Part shown: piece by piece, positions 23,077-34,860 of the stretch
Layout of the letters: the number at the start of each line of letters is the position of its first letter
How positions within the stretch are numbered: the first letter of the stretch is position 1
NCBI GenBank assembly: GCA_963717525.1
Contig: OY970343.1
Coordinates: 608,001-672,000, forward strand
DNA from: an uncultured Methanoregulaceae archaeon
GTDB taxonomy: Archaea > Halobacteriota > Methanomicrobia > Methanomicrobiales > Methanospirillaceae
Reading direction: 5' to 3'
Length of the DNA: 64,000 nt
Position numbers and translations under genes: made by a program
Notes under the pieces: generated by a model
What the model was told of the DNA's origin: nothing
The model's input: the letters and a program-made list of their open reading frames with translations, nothing else
The model's database searches: none

Positions 23077-24752
23077 AGACCGGGGCAAAACTCCTTATCG
23101 AATCACTGCAGCGCGAGGGAACCGACACGCTGTTCGGCTACCCTGGCGGCTCAGTGCTGCCGATCTATGATGAACTCTACGATTCACCATTGCGGCACAT
23201 CCTGGTACGGCACGAACAGGCAGCAGCGCATGCCGCGGACGGCTATGCACGCGCGAGCGGTCGTGTAGGGGTATGCCTTGCCACCTCGGGGCCCGGTGCC
23301 TGCAACCTGGTTACCGGGATCGCCACGGCCTACATGGACTCAGTTCCAATTGTTGCCATCACCGGCCAGGTGCCGACCACGATGCTCGGGAACGACGCCT
23401 TCCAGGAATCAGACATCCAGGGCATCACGATGCCGATCACGAAGCACAACTACCTCGTGAAGGATACATCGGACATCCCCCGCGTGATAAAAGAGGCGTT
23501 CTATATCGCGGGCACGGGGCGGCAGGGTCCGGTGCTTGTCGACCTGCCAAAAGATGTCAACACCCGGTCGGTCAAAGAGCCTGTTGTGCCCGAAAAAGTG
23601 GTGCTCCGGGGCTATAACCCGACGTATAAGGGAAACAAGCGCCAGATCGACAGAGCGATCGAACTTATCACGGCTGCCGAGCGCCCGCTCATCTACGCGG
23701 GCGGCGGCGTGATCTCGTCCAATGCATCGCCGGAACTCGTGGCCTTTGCATCCGGCCATGGCATCCCGGTGACAACGACCCTGATGGGCATCGGGTGCAT
23801 CCCCTGTGACCACCCGCTCAACCTCGGCATGCTGGGCATGCACGGCACCGAGTACGCGAACTTCGCAGTCACCGAATGCGATCTCCTGATCGCAATCGGA
23901 GCCCGGTTCGACGACCGGGTCACCGGGAGGATCGAGACGTTCGCGCCGCACGCAAAGATAATCCATATCGATATCGACCCGGCCGAGATCGGTAAAAACA
24001 AGCGCGTTGATGTGCCTATCGTGGGCGACACAAAGGCGGTGCTCGCGGATATAATTGCCGGCCTTGCAAAGAAGAATGCCTGCGAGGCATGGCAGAAGAG
24101 AATCAGGCACTGGAAGCAGAACCATCCCCTGCGGTACGGGAAGGACAACGGGTGCCTGCACCCGCAGTTCATCCTCCAGCAGATGAACGAGTTGCTCAAA
24201 GGTGATGCGGTGATAGTCTCCGAGGTGGGCCAGAACCAGATGTGGACAGCACAGTACTTCTGCTTCCGCCATCCCCGTACATGGATCACGTCTGGTGGCC
24301 TTGGCACGATGGGTTATGGTTTTCCCGCCGCGATAGGGGCGCACTTTGCCCGGCCCGATGTACCGGTCTTCGATGTCGCCGGAGACGGCAGCATCCAGAT
24401 GAACATTCAGGAGATGGGCACGGTGGCGCAGTACAAGATCCCGGTGAAGATTGCGATCCTCAACAACATGTATCTCGGGATGGTGCGCCAGTGGCAGGAG
24501 CTCTTTTACGACCGGCGCTATTCGTACACGGAGCTCCCACCGGTCGAGTTTGTCAAAATCGGGCAGGCTTACGGTATCGACGGCATCAAAGTGGAGTCGT
24601 GCGACGAGGTGATGCCGGCCTTAAAAGCCGCGGTGGACTGCGACGGACCATTCGTGCTGGACTTCCGGATAGAGCGGGAAGAAAATGTCTTTCCCATGGT
24701 GCCGGCAGGAGCTGCGATCAACGAGATGATCGGGGGGCATCCGCCATCATGA
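23073..24752 (+). CDS. ilvB: acetolactate synthase large subunit
   Basis: FGYPGG, RHEQ, TSGPG, GLGTMG and GDGS...NN ThDP motifs. Confidence 0.95.
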   Translation: MKTGAKLLIESLQREGTDTLFGYPGGSVLPIYDELYDSPLRHILVRHEQAAAHAADGYARASGRVGVCLATSGPGACNLVTGIATAYMDSVPIVAITGQVPTTMLGNDAFQESDIQGITMPITKHNYLVKDTSDIPRVIKEAFYIAGTGRQGPVLVDLPKDVNTRSVKEPVVPEKVVLRGYNPTYKGNKRQIDRAIELITAAERPLIYAGGGVISSNASPELVAFASGHGIPVTTTLMGIGCIPCDHPLNLGMLGMHGTEYANFAVTECDLLIAIGARFDDRVTGRIETFAPHAKIIHIDIDPAEIGKNKRVDVPIVGDTKAVLADIIAGLAKKNACEAWQKRIRHWKQNHPLRYGKDNGCLHPQFILQQMNELLKGDAVIVSEVGQNQMWTAQYFCFRHPRTWITSGGLGTMGYGFPAAIGAHFARPDVPVFDVAGDGSIQMNIQEMGTVAQYKIPVKIAILNNMYLGMVRQWQELFYDRRYSYTELPPVEFVKIGQAYGIDGIKVESCDEVMPALKAAVDCDGPFVLDFRIEREENVFPMVPAGAAINEMIGGHPPS

Positions 24753-25252
24753 AGGCGCATACGTTGTCTATCCTTGTGGAGAACAAGGCCGGGGTGCTCT
24801 CAAGGGTCACCGGCCTCTTTTCCCGGCGTGGCTTTAACATCGAGAGCCTTGCGGTGGGCACCTGCGAGGAACCGGACATGAGCCGGATCACGATTGTAGT
24901 GATCGGCGATGACGCGCAGATAGAGCAGGTGATGAAGCAGCTTAACAAGCTTATCGATGTGATCAAGGTCTCTGACCTGACCGACAGCGAGAGGGTCGAG
25001 CGCGAGCTTGCGCTTTTCAAGGTGACCGCAGACCAGGGAACGACCCGGGCCGAGATCATGCAGATCGCAACTATCTTCCGCGCCCAGATTGTTGACGTGG
25101 GCGCAAAGTCGGTGATCCTCCAGATTGTTGGAGATACCAATAAAATCGATGCAATGGAGAAACTCCTCCGCCAGTTCGGGATCAAGGAACTGATCCGGAC
25201 CGGCAGGATTGGGATCCTGCGTGGCACGAAGACCGTGTCGAGCAGCAAATAA
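24749..25252 (+). CDS. ilvN: acetolactate synthase small subunit
   Basis: [29 protein letters not shown] domain; ATGA overlap with ilvB. Confidence 0.95.
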   Translation: MKAHTLSILVENKAGVLSRVTGLFSRRGFNIESLAVGTCEEPDMSRITIVVIGDDAQIEQVMKQLNKLIDVIKVSDLTDSERVERELALFKVTADQGTTRAEIMQIATIFRAQIVDVGAKSVILQIVGDTNKIDAMEKLLRQFGIKELIRTGRIGILRGTKTVSSSK

Positions 25253-25399
25253 TCTTTTTATTTTCCGTTGTGCTCTTCTTTTCGTGCACCGGTGCAGTAA
25301 GCGTGGTGCTATACGCCCTTTCCACTATCCATTCATGCCCGCCTTCAGTTACATTTCGATTATGTTATATGCTAGCATGCAACAATTCAAAATGATAGT

Positions 25400-25504
25400 A
25401 TGTTTGGATTGCCGGATATTACCGTTTTAACCGTCGGCGGTGTGACTCTTGTGGTTATCATCCTGCTGCTGTACTGGGGCCTGACATTCAGGGGGCATGA
25501 CTGA
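25400..25504 (+). CDS. 34-aa single-TM symporter accessory peptide
   Basis: MFGLPDITVLTVGGVTLVVIILLLYWGLTFRGHD*, ending 2 nt before the symporter start; absent from the ORF track. Confidence 0.7.
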   Translation: MFGLPDITVLTVGGVTLVVIILLLYWGLTFRGHD

Positions 25505-25506
25505 AA

Positions 25507-27031
25507 ATGACGGACTATGTGACCATTGCGGTTATTGCCATCTATTTCCTTGTCCTCCTGGGTATTGGGGTATGGGCCTCGAAAAAGATCAAGACTGCTG
25601 AAGATTACCTTGTCGCCGGCCGCTCGCTCGGGTTCTGGGTCTTTGTACTGCTTATGATCGGTACCGTCTGCTCGGGCATGTCGCTCCTGGGTGTCTCGGG
25701 GCTAGGGTACCGGGCCGGCTGGCCGACCATGTGGGAAGAGATCTTCGTCCCGCTGGCGATAGGGTTCTGTATCATCTTCTTTGGTGTCAAGCTCCATAAC
25801 GTGGCAAAGACTTCAGGGTATGTGACCGTGCAGGACTACCTTGCCCACCGGTACGAGAGCCCCACAGCGCTGCGCTCGCTCTCGGCCGTCGCAGGCATCA
25901 TCGTTTCGCTTATCTACCTTGTCGGACAGTATACTGCCATCGCGATTGTGCTGATGTGGCTCTTTGCGATCCCCCTGTGGCTTGCACTCCTGATTGCAAC
26001 TCTCGTGACCATGATCTATACCACGATTGGCGGGCTGTATGCAGTCGCATGGGCGTCCCTGATCCAGTCGATTATCCTCATTATCGGGGTATTTGTCATG
26101 GCCCCGATCATCATCTACTATGCCGGCGGCTTTACGCATGTCAATGAGGTAATCGCGACCATCAACCCGAACCTTGTCATGCCGTGGATGCCCAGCGGTG
26201 CATTCACCCCTGCCTACATTGTTTCGTTTGCCATCATGCTCATGGTAGGCCTTGCGTGCGCCCCGCATGTCATCAATAACGTGCTTGCGGTGAAGGATGT
26301 CAAGTACTTCAAGTGGGCCCCGCTCGTTGCGTTCCTGATCTACGGCGCAGCCATGTATCTTTTAAAGTTTACCGGCCTTGCCGGGCTCGTGATGGTCAAA
26401 GCCGGAGTGTTTACCCTGCCCGCCGTCTCGAATGCCTCTGATTTCATCATCCTCTATGGCATCCAGGTACTCGCTTCCCATCCTTGCCCTCTGGGCGGTA
26501 TTTGCCGTGATCGTGCTTGCGGCTGTCATGTCCACAACTGACCGGCTGATGCTGACCATCGGCGCAATGTGCTCATGGGACCTGTATAAGAAGATTATCA
26601 GGCCAAATGCGAGCGACAAAAGCGTCGTCCTGCTCTCCAAGGTTATCGTGATACTCTCCGCATTCGGCACGATGATCCTTGCGATCAACCCGCCGGACGC
26701 GCTTGCCAGCCTTATCTGGATGGGGATCGGGATCATGCTTGCCACCTTTGCAGTCCCGTTCCTTGCCGGTCTCTACTGGCGGGGAGCCACCCGCGACGGG
26801 GCGCTTGCGAGTATGTTCCTGGGACTTGTCTCGTCCGTGGTGTTCGGGGCTCTCAATTACTTCAATATAACGCTCTTTAATTACAACTATGGGAACCTCC
26901 CCCTGCACTTCTCATTCTACCCTCTGGTCATATCGCTCGTGGCCATGTACGTCGTCAGCATGTTCACCCGAAAAACCTCGGAGAAAGTCCTCGACGAAAC
27001 CCAGACCGGCTGGTATATCTCGAAGCAGTGA
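25507..27031 (+). CDS. sodium:solute symporter family protein, frameshift near 26466
   Basis: DYLVAGRSLG, TTIGGLYAVAW and AAVMSTTD motifs; many TM helices. Confidence 0.88.
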
Positions 27032-27098
27032 ACGAAAAAACCCCTTTTTTACCGGTAACGGTGCATTTTTATAAATTCTGCCCGCCAACAATTGGGCA

Positions 27099-28412
27099 GT
27101 GAAGACGGCAATTCTCGGGGGTGGCTTATCCGGCCTGACGCTGGCCCGGCTCCTGTACGAAAAAGGCACAGATCTCGTGATCCTTGAAGCAGAGCCGGAA
27201 TACGGCGGGCTCTGCCGGTCGTGTACCAGGGACGGCTTCACCTTCGATACCGGCGGCTCGCATATCATCTTCTCACGGGACTCTGAAGTCCTCTCTTTCA
27301 TGCGGAAGATGATTAGCGGGAACGAGCAGGAGAACACCCGGAACACGAAGATCTTCTACAAGGGCCGGTACATGAAGTACCCTTTCGAGAACGGCCTCTC
27401 TGACCTCCCTGCCGAGGACCTCTTTTTCTGTATCAGCGAGTTTGTAAAAACCCTTGTGGCGGTGGAGAAAGGCGAACTTCCTCCCCCAAAAACCTTCCGC
27501 GACTGGATCTACTATACCTTCGGAAAAGGGATCGCCGAGTGCTACATGGTGCCGTACAACGAGAAGATCTGGAAATACCCGACGAGCGACATGTCCCTGC
27601 ACTGGGTGGACGGGCGCATCCCCCGGCCGCCGGTCGATGACGTGATCAAATCCGCGATCGGCATCCCCACGGAAGGGTACACCCACCAGTTGGTCTTCTC
27701 GTACCCGCTGGATGGCGGTATCGAGGCGCTCGTAAAGGCGATCGCACGGCCGGTGGAGCCGTTCATAAAAACAGGTTTCCGGATCCGTTCGATCAGGAAA
27801 GAGGCCGGGCGGTGGCTCATCAGCGATGGCGCGGAAATGATTGAAGCGGACCGCATTATCTCCACGATCCCTATCCAGCACCTGATTGCAGCGCTTGATG
27901 GCGTGCCAAAGGAAGTCCGGAAGGCCTGCGATGCACTCACGTACAACTCCCTTGTCTGCGTCAACATCGGCGTCCGCGGGGGGGTGCCGGAATACTCCTG
28001 GCTCTACGTCCCTGACCCGGCGCTCGGGAAGACTAACCGGGTCTCGTTTCCCTCGCAGTACAGCCAGAACGTGGCGCCGGCGGGCTGCAGCGCGATTCTC
28101 GCCGAGATCACCCACCAGCCGGGCGATCCCGTGGCACGGATGAGCGACGAGGATCTGATCGCCGAGGTTAACGGGACGCTCACCGAAATGGGCATTGTTA
28201 CGCCGGAACGGGTGGTTTTTTCATCGGTGGTGCGCCAGCCATTTGCCTATGTTGTATACGACAAACGGTACCAGGAGAACATTGCAGTCGTCCGGGACTA
28301 CTGCCGGAATCTTGGCATCTCTCTCGTAGGCCGGTTTTCCCAGTTCGAGTACCTCAACATGGACGGGTGCATCAGGAGCGTGCTGGATTTCGTGCAGTCC
28401 TATCCGGCATAA
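27099..28412 (+). CDS. FAD-dependent oxidoreductase (protoporphyrinogen oxidase / UDP-galactopyranose mutase-like)
   Basis: ILGGGLSGL, GGLCRS, FDTGGSH and GRFSQFEYLNMD motifs. Confidence 0.8.
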   Translation: MKTAILGGGLSGLTLARLLYEKGTDLVILEAEPEYGGLCRSCTRDGFTFDTGGSHIIFSRDSEVLSFMRKMISGNEQENTRNTKIFYKGRYMKYPFENGLSDLPAEDLFFCISEFVKTLVAVEKGELPPPKTFRDWIYYTFGKGIAECYMVPYNEKIWKYPTSDMSLHWVDGRIPRPPVDDVIKSAIGIPTEGYTHQLVFSYPLDGGIEALVKAIARPVEPFIKTGFRIRSIRKEAGRWLISDGAEMIEADRIISTIPIQHLIAALDGVPKEVRKACDALTYNSLVCVNIGVRGGVPEYSWLYVPDPALGKTNRVSFPSQYSQNVAPAGCSAILAEITHQPGDPVARMSDEDLIAEVNGTLTEMGIVTPERVVFSSVVRQPFAYVVYDKRYQENIAVVRDYCRNLGISLVGRFSQFEYLNMDGCIRSVLDFVQSYPA

Positions 28413-28484
28413 AAATAATTTTGCACCCTGCATCACGCTTATCATCCGAGAGCCTAAAAAAAGTACAGGAGTTTTTCATAACGC

Positions 28485-29187
28485 ATGATTTCGGTCATTG
28501 TCCCCTCCTTCAATGAAGAGGAGAACATCGCCCAGTGCCTGGTTTCGCTCTCGCACCAGACCGTCAGCAGGAATGAGTACGAGATCATCGTTGTCGATGG
28601 TGCGTCAACGGACAAGACCTGCGAGATCGCCCGGAAGTACGCTGACAAGGTCTTTATCCAGACGAGCAAGAAGGTCGGTGGGGCACGAAACGACGGTGTG
28701 ATGGCCGCTAAAGGCGATATCATCGCCTCGACCGATGCCGACTGCATCCTCCCGCCGGACTGGATCAAACGGGTGAGAAAAGATTTTGCTGATCCTGCGG
28801 TCGTCCAGGTTTATGGACCGGTCTACCCCATCGAGAACAGCCCCGGGAACCATTTCTCGCTCCTCCTTGCAAACACCTTCTCCCGGATCGGGTACTATAG
28901 CCGGACCTTCTATTACACGCTCGGCTGCAACACCGCGTTCCGGAAAGATGCATTTGTGAAGGCCGGCATGTACCGGTGCATCGATGCCGGGGACGATCTT
29001 GAGATTGCCATGCGCCTGAAAGATCTTGGGAAGATCCGGTTTGACGGCAGGCTGAAGGTCGGTTTTTCCATGCGCCGGTACCAGCAGGTACGGAACGTTC
29101 AAGTCCCTGTACGAGTGGCTCTATATCGTCGCGCATGGCGGGGAGACCCAGAAGTATGTGTATACCCAGAAAAAATACAACAAGTGA
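28485..29187 (+). CDS. glycosyltransferase family 2, frameshift near 29088
   Basis: SVIVPSFNEE, VVDGASTD and TDADC motifs; corrected C-terminus ...YTQKKYNK*. Confidence 0.85.
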
Positions 29188-29223
29188 CAACCGGGCCGGC
29201 TACCTTTTCTGTGCGGGACTGGT

Positions 29224-29646
29224 ATGAAAAGTTGCGAGGGTGAGCCGGAAGTGCCTGCACAAGTATCTGTAGAGGGCAGAATCGCCGAATTTGAGGAGAG
29301 CGGATTTGGCCGGCTGTTGGGCATGCACATCACCGAGGCCCGCGACGGCTATGCCCGTGTCGAGATGGATTGTGATGGGAAATGCAACCCTCACGGTGTT
29401 GCTCATGGCGGTGCGATCTTCTCGCTTGCCGACCATGCATTCGGGATTGCCTCCAACTGTGGCGAGGACCACCATACAGCAGTTTCCGTGCATATCCAGT
29501 ACCTCGCACCCGCCCGGGGCCGGCTCGTTGCGGTGGCCGAGCGCGTTGCAACAAACGGGACCTGCGGGACGTACCGCGTTGTAGTCTACGAAGGCGACCG
29601 TACGGTTGCCGTCTTTGACGGTGTCGCGTTCAGGGTTTCGCTGTAG
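29224..29646 (+). CDS. PaaI family hotdog thioesterase
   Basis: NPHGVAHGGAIFSLAD motif. Confidence 0.88.
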   Translation: MKSCEGEPEVPAQVSVEGRIAEFEESGFGRLLGMHITEARDGYARVEMDCDGKCNPHGVAHGGAIFSLADHAFGIASNCGEDHHTAVSVHIQYLAPARGRLVAVAERVATNGTCGTYRVVVYEGDRTVAVFDGVAFRVSL

Positions 29647-29718
29647 TATCGGTGCGGGGCCTTTCTCACGTTTCGGCAACCTGTCGCTTTATCTTTTTGC
29701 AGCTTCCCATATTCCCGT

Positions 29719-30279
29719 ATGACTGTTGAGAAAAATGCAGTGGCCACAGTCGCCGGGCTCATGGCGATATCGGCCCGGACGGCGCCCAAGGCAAAAGGGC
29801 AGGACGAGATCCTCATTGCGGTGCTCACCGCAGCACAGCAAAAAAAACTCTCCCGTGCAATGACGGAGTACGGCACGAAGAACGGGCTGGGATTCTTCCT
29901 GCGCGATGCGCAGAATGTTGCCGCGAGCGATGCATGTATCGTGATTGGAGCCCGGGGCAACGCTTTTGTCGGGATCAACTGCGGGGCCTGCGGGTATCCC
30001 ACCTGTACGGCCTTTGCCAAGGCATCGCGTGCGGCGAAGAAGCGGACTACGCCCTTTGCTGGTCCCAACTGCGCGGTAAGGATGGCTGACCTTGGGATCG
30101 CAGTCGGATCAGCGGCGAAGACCGCTCAGATCCACAACGTGGACAACAGGATCATGTATACGGCCGGGTCGGTCGCTCTCGACCTTGGTTTCCTCGGGAA
30201 AGAGTGTACTGTAGCCTATGCGATCCCGCTCTCGGCTTCGGGAAAGAACATCTTCTTTGACCGTGAAAGCCACAAATAA
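29719..30279 (+). CDS. ferredoxin-like DUF2148 protein
   Basis: ARTAPKAKG, NCGACGYPTC, DLGIAVGSA and VDNRIMY motifs. Confidence 0.82.
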   Translation: MTVEKNAVATVAGLMAISARTAPKAKGQDEILIAVLTAAQQKKLSRAMTEYGTKNGLGFFLRDAQNVAASDACIVIGARGNAFVGINCGACGYPTCTAFAKASRAAKKRTTPFAGPNCAVRMADLGIAVGSAAKTAQIHNVDNRIMYTAGSVALDLGFLGKECTVAYAIPLSASGKNIFFDRESHK

Positions 30280-30547
30280 CGGGAGCTCTCCGGCACGCAC
30301 TCCTTTTTTCCCACTATAATTCCAGATCTGCATGAAGTGGGCATCCTCATAAAACACCACCCGCTGTTCCCGAATCCTTGGGAACTATCGAGGTGTCCGT
30401 GGTATTCCTCCCTTTGGAAACAATTTGGCTTCCCGGGTTCATAGGTACCGGGCGAAAAAGATGAAAGCATCGGTGTATGCTTCCCGGACACGTATGCACC
30501 TGCTATAAATTCCGGGAATGAGAAAAGAATCGGTGGTCGTGTCATTT

Positions 30548-31138
30548 ATGCCAGAGGAAGTTGTTATTGCCGTAATCCCCTTTCACCCCGTGAAATGGAG
30601 TTCGTTCATCATCCGCGGACTCCTTGCATGCATTATCGGTATCCTGGTCCTGGTCTGGACCGGTATTGCGGTACAGGTCGTGGTCACCCTCATCGGGATC
30701 CTGATCATCCTTGCTGCGATCCTTGCGCTGGCTGTTGCACTCAGGCCCCTGCCGGTGCATCGCGATCCATTGTGCTCCTCGGTGTCGGTGTCCTCGGCCT
30801 GATTGTCGGGATTGCCGCTATCCTGTACCGGTGGATCGCTGCCGAAGCGCTGACGGTTATCATTGCCCTCCTTCTGCTCTTTTTTGGATGTATCGATCTC
30901 TCTATAGTCTGTCTTCCACCCTGAATACACGAATCACCGGTCTCTGCTTGTTATTTCCGGGGCACTTTCGGTCATCCTCGGGGGAATATTCTTCTTCCTG
31001 CCAGCACTCGGTGCAATCGTGCTTGTTACCGTGTACCTCGGGATATTTGCCATCATTTACGGTGTCCTGAGCATTGTCATCGGAGTACGAGTGAGGCATG
31101 AGCGCAGGAAAATGACAGCCGGGCAGCCGGCCACCTGA
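30548..31138 (+). CDS. HdeD/DUF308 membrane protein, two frameshifts (about 30745 and 30908)
   Basis: W..FIIRGLLACIIGIL start and six hydrophobic segments across three frames. Confidence 0.75.
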
Positions 31139-31172
31139 TCGGGAGACGATCGTCATACCATAAGGAGCGCGA

Positions 31173-31923
31173 ATGTTCACCATCGTATTGCTGCGTCACG
31201 GCGAGAGTACCTGGAACCGTGAGAACCGGTTTACCGGGTGGACTGATGTCGACTTGTCAGAAAAGGGGAGGGAGGAGGCCCGGAGGTCTGCCCGCCTTCT
31301 TGCAGATGCCGGCCTCTCGTTTGATTTCACGTATACATCGGTGCTTCGCCGGGCGATCCGGACTTTGTGGATCGTTCTTGACGAGATGGACCTGATGTAC
31401 CTCCCGGGCCACTCCTCGTGGCGGTTAAATGAGCGCCACTACGGTGCTCTTCAGGGACTGGACAAACGCGAGACCGCCGGGAAGTACGGGAAAGAGCAGG
31501 TCCAGCTGTGGCGGAGGGGATACAGCGTCCGGCCGCCGGCGCTTGAGGAGAGCGACCCCCGACACCCCCGGTTCGACCCCCGGTATGCCGGCCTTAAAAT
31601 GAATGAGCTGCCGGCCACCGAATCGCTGGAAGACACGCTGGGCCGGGTTGTGCCGGTACTGGAACGGGACGATCGCCCCAACGGTACTTGCGAAAAAACG
31701 GGTCCTTATCGCAGCTCACGGGAACAGCATCCGCGCGCTCGTCAAGTACCTCGATAATGTTCCGGATGATGAGATCACCGGGCTCAACATCCCGACCGGT
31801 TTCCCCCTGGTCTACGAGCTCGATGATGCACTCCACCCGATCCACCATTACTATCTCGGTGACCCGGAGGAGATCCGGCGTGCCACCGAATCAGTAGCGG
31901 AGCAGGCAGGAACCGGAAAATGA
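31173..31923 (+). CDS. gpmA: 2,3-bisphosphoglycerate-dependent phosphoglycerate mutase, frameshift near 31655
   Basis: [21 protein letters not shown] and AAHGNSIR motifs. Confidence 0.93.
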
Positions 31924-31936
31924 AGGGGAGATTCCC

Positions 31937-33310
31937 ATGACCGGCATATTCAAGGCATACGATGTTCGGGGTGCATACCCGGCCGAACTGGACGAGACGG
32001 TTGCTGAAAAGATCGGCGCAGCATTTGCAACCCTTATGAAATGCGGCACGATTGCGGTGGGCAGGGACTGCCGCCCTTCATCGCCTGCCCTTGCATCTGC
32101 GTTTATCCGGGGGTACACCGGGGCCGGGGGCGCTGTCACCGATTTTGGTATGACAAGCTCCCCGCTTCTCTATTTTGTTCTCATCAAAGGAAAATTTGAT
32201 GGCGGGGCCATGGTAACCGCGTCCCACCTCCCACCGGCCACAAACGGCATCAAGCTCTGCCGTGAACAGGCGATCCCCCTCTCCGGCGACGAAGGCCTGC
32301 CGGCACTCCAGCGGATGGTTGAGGAGATGTCCGTGAGAGCGGGACGCGTACCTGCTCAGCCGGCTACCGGCTGGTACAGGACCGGGGATCTGACCGGTTC
32401 CTACATTGATATGGTGGCCGGCTTCATCCGCGACCCGCGGCCCCTAACGATCGCGATTGACGCCGGTGATGGGATGGCAGGACCGGAAATACAACCGTTA
32501 TTTTCAAAATTTCCCTCCCTTATCCCGGTAGCCATCAACCTTGAACCCGATGGCCGGTTCCCCCATCATAGCCCAAACCCGTTCCTAACGACCGCGACAG
32601 ACGAGCTTGCGGCCCTTGTCCGGGACAATGGCGCAGACTTTGGGGTCGCGTTCGACGGGGACGCAGACAGGTGCATTTTTGTCGATGAGCGGGGAGAACG
32701 GATCCCCGCCGATCTCGTCACCGCCCTGATCGCGGCCTCGTATCTCGTACAAGTGTCGGGTGCGACCTTCCTCTACGACCTGCGTTCGAGCCGGGTGGTG
32801 GCCGAAACAATAACACATCTTGGAGGCCGTGCAATCCGCTGCCGGGTGGGTCACGCTTTTATCCGGGAGCAGATGCGGCGGGAGAACGCCCTCTTTGCCG
32901 GCGAGCTCTCGGGCCACTACTATTTCCGGGACACAGGGTTCTGCGACAACGGTATTTTTGCCATGGTCCAGATGACAAACCTTCTTTCGCTCAAAGACCG
33001 GCCGCTCTCGGATCTTATCGCGCCCCTGAAAAAATATTCCTCCACCGGTGAGATCAACATAAGGACGGGCCACAGAGACGAGATCATGGAGGTCCTCATG
33101 GCCCGGTATCCTGATGCGAAGACCGACACGCTTGACGGCCTCACCATAGAGTACCCGGCGTGGTGGTTCAACCTGAGATCGTCCAATACCGAACCGCTCA
33201 TCCGGCTCAACCTTGAGGCAGGTACAAAGGCCGGCAGGGACAAACGGCTGGCCGAAGTCATGAGGGTTATCAGAGACGCCGATCCGGCGATGGAGATTGA
33301 AACAGGATAA
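31937..33310 (+). CDS. phosphomannomutase/phosphoglucomutase
   Basis: FKAYDVRG, TASH, FDGDADR, GELSGH and RSSNTEP motifs. Confidence 0.9.
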   Translation: MTGIFKAYDVRGAYPAELDETVAEKIGAAFATLMKCGTIAVGRDCRPSSPALASAFIRGYTGAGGAVTDFGMTSSPLLYFVLIKGKFDGGAMVTASHLPPATNGIKLCREQAIPLSGDEGLPALQRMVEEMSVRAGRVPAQPATGWYRTGDLTGSYIDMVAGFIRDPRPLTIAIDAGDGMAGPEIQPLFSKFPSLIPVAINLEPDGRFPHHSPNPFLTTATDELAALVRDNGADFGVAFDGDADRCIFVDERGERIPADLVTALIAASYLVQVSGATFLYDLRSSRVVAETITHLGGRAIRCRVGHAFIREQMRRENALFAGELSGHYYFRDTGFCDNGIFAMVQMTNLLSLKDRPLSDLIAPLKKYSSTGEINIRTGHRDEIMEVLMARYPDAKTDTLDGLTIEYPAWWFNLRSSNTEPLIRLNLEAGTKAGRDKRLAEVMRVIRDADPAMEIETG

Positions 33311-33401
33311 CCAAAAAGCCCGCGTGGCCAGGGCCGGCGGTGGGGCCCCGGGAGCCGGATGGCCCGGTTTTCCCCGGAGTACTCGCCGGAGAAGATTCCT
33401 G

Positions 33402-34602
33402 TTATGGTGCCGGTCCCTGTTTATCGGCCAGCACCGCTACTCCCGGCAGGGTCTCACCGGAAAGGAACCGGAGGAAGGCGCCCCCCCCGGTGGAAACATG
33501 GGTCATTTTTTTTGCAAGCCCAAACCGATTTACCGCTTCGGCCGTGGAACCCCCTCCGATTACCGTTGTACCACCGAGACCGGCTGAGGACCTTTGCGAT
33601 GTCTTTTGTCCCTTTGGAAAACTGCGGGATCTCGAATACCCCCATCGGGCCGTTCCAGGCCACGGTCCGGCATTGTTGAAGTTCGCGGGTAAATACTGCA
33701 AGGGTGAGCGGTCCGATGTCTGCTATCCGGTACCCGTCAGGGATTTGGCCTGATGCTACGATCCGGAATGCCGCGCCGGGTTCAGGTTTTGCGGTGACAA
33801 CGACATCATCGGGGAGCAGGATCCGTACACCAAGGGTTTTTGCTTGTTTTGTGACAGTCTCCACCTGCACAATTGTACCAGGCTCCTCCGGGAAGCCTCC
33901 ATCTGAAGGATTCCGGACCTGTAAAAACGCGGCCGCCGCCCCACCGCCGATGAGGACAAGATCCACGTGAGGAATAATATTTTCCAGGATCCCGATCTTC
34001 TCTTCCACTTTAGCCCCACCGAGAATAAGTGCAAAAGGCCGGGGAGGATCCTCAAAAAGACTGCTCAGCTGCTCTATCTCTTTTTCCATGAGAAGACCCG
34101 CGACACACGGGAGGTGTGCGGCGATCCCGACCACAGATGCATGGGCCCGGTGGCTCGCACCGAAAGCGTCGTTGACATAGAGGTCTGCCAAACGAGAGAG
34201 GTCGCGGGCAAAACCGGGATCATTCTCCTCCTCCCCCGGGTAAAACCTCAGGTTTTCCAGCATAACGATGTCGCCGTCCTGCATGGCGGATACTGCCTGC
34301 TCCACCGTGGGCCCGACAGCCTCCCGCAACGCTTTGACCGGTATACTCATGAGTTCTGACAGGCGCCGGGCCACGGGCCCCAGCCGGAGGGGGCCGTTCA
34401 CCCTGCCATGGGGCCTGCCCAGATGGGAGCAGAGGATGATCCGGGCCCCGTGACCGGCAAGGTATATGATCGTCGGAAGACAGGCACGGATGCGGCTGTC
34501 GTCCTCGATCTTCCCGTCAGGGTCGAGGGGCACATTGAAATCCACCCGCACAAGCACCCGTTTTCCGCGAACCTCCACATCCTTTATTGTCTGTTTCTGC
34601 AT
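33402..34602 (-). CDS. pgk: phosphoglycerate kinase (bacterial-type), frameshift near 33582
   Basis: [38 protein letters not shown] and STGGGA motifs. Confidence 0.92.
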
Positions 34603-34860
34603 TTTTTTATCCCCCCCACCGCAATTTTCTGGAAAACGCTCGTGTACGTATCACCGGTTACCCGGTCCTGAAATATAAATGCGGCAGGAACGTTTCTTTT
34701 CGTGAAACAACGGGAAGGATACATGGCTGATTGCCGGGCAGATTTTTTGTGATAAAGTACTCCGGCAGCCATGGCCCCCTGTTCCTGTCATGACTACCCG
34801 CATACCGGATGGATAGCGAAACATTTTCGTTCCGGGAGAGATCATAACCACTGACAGACC

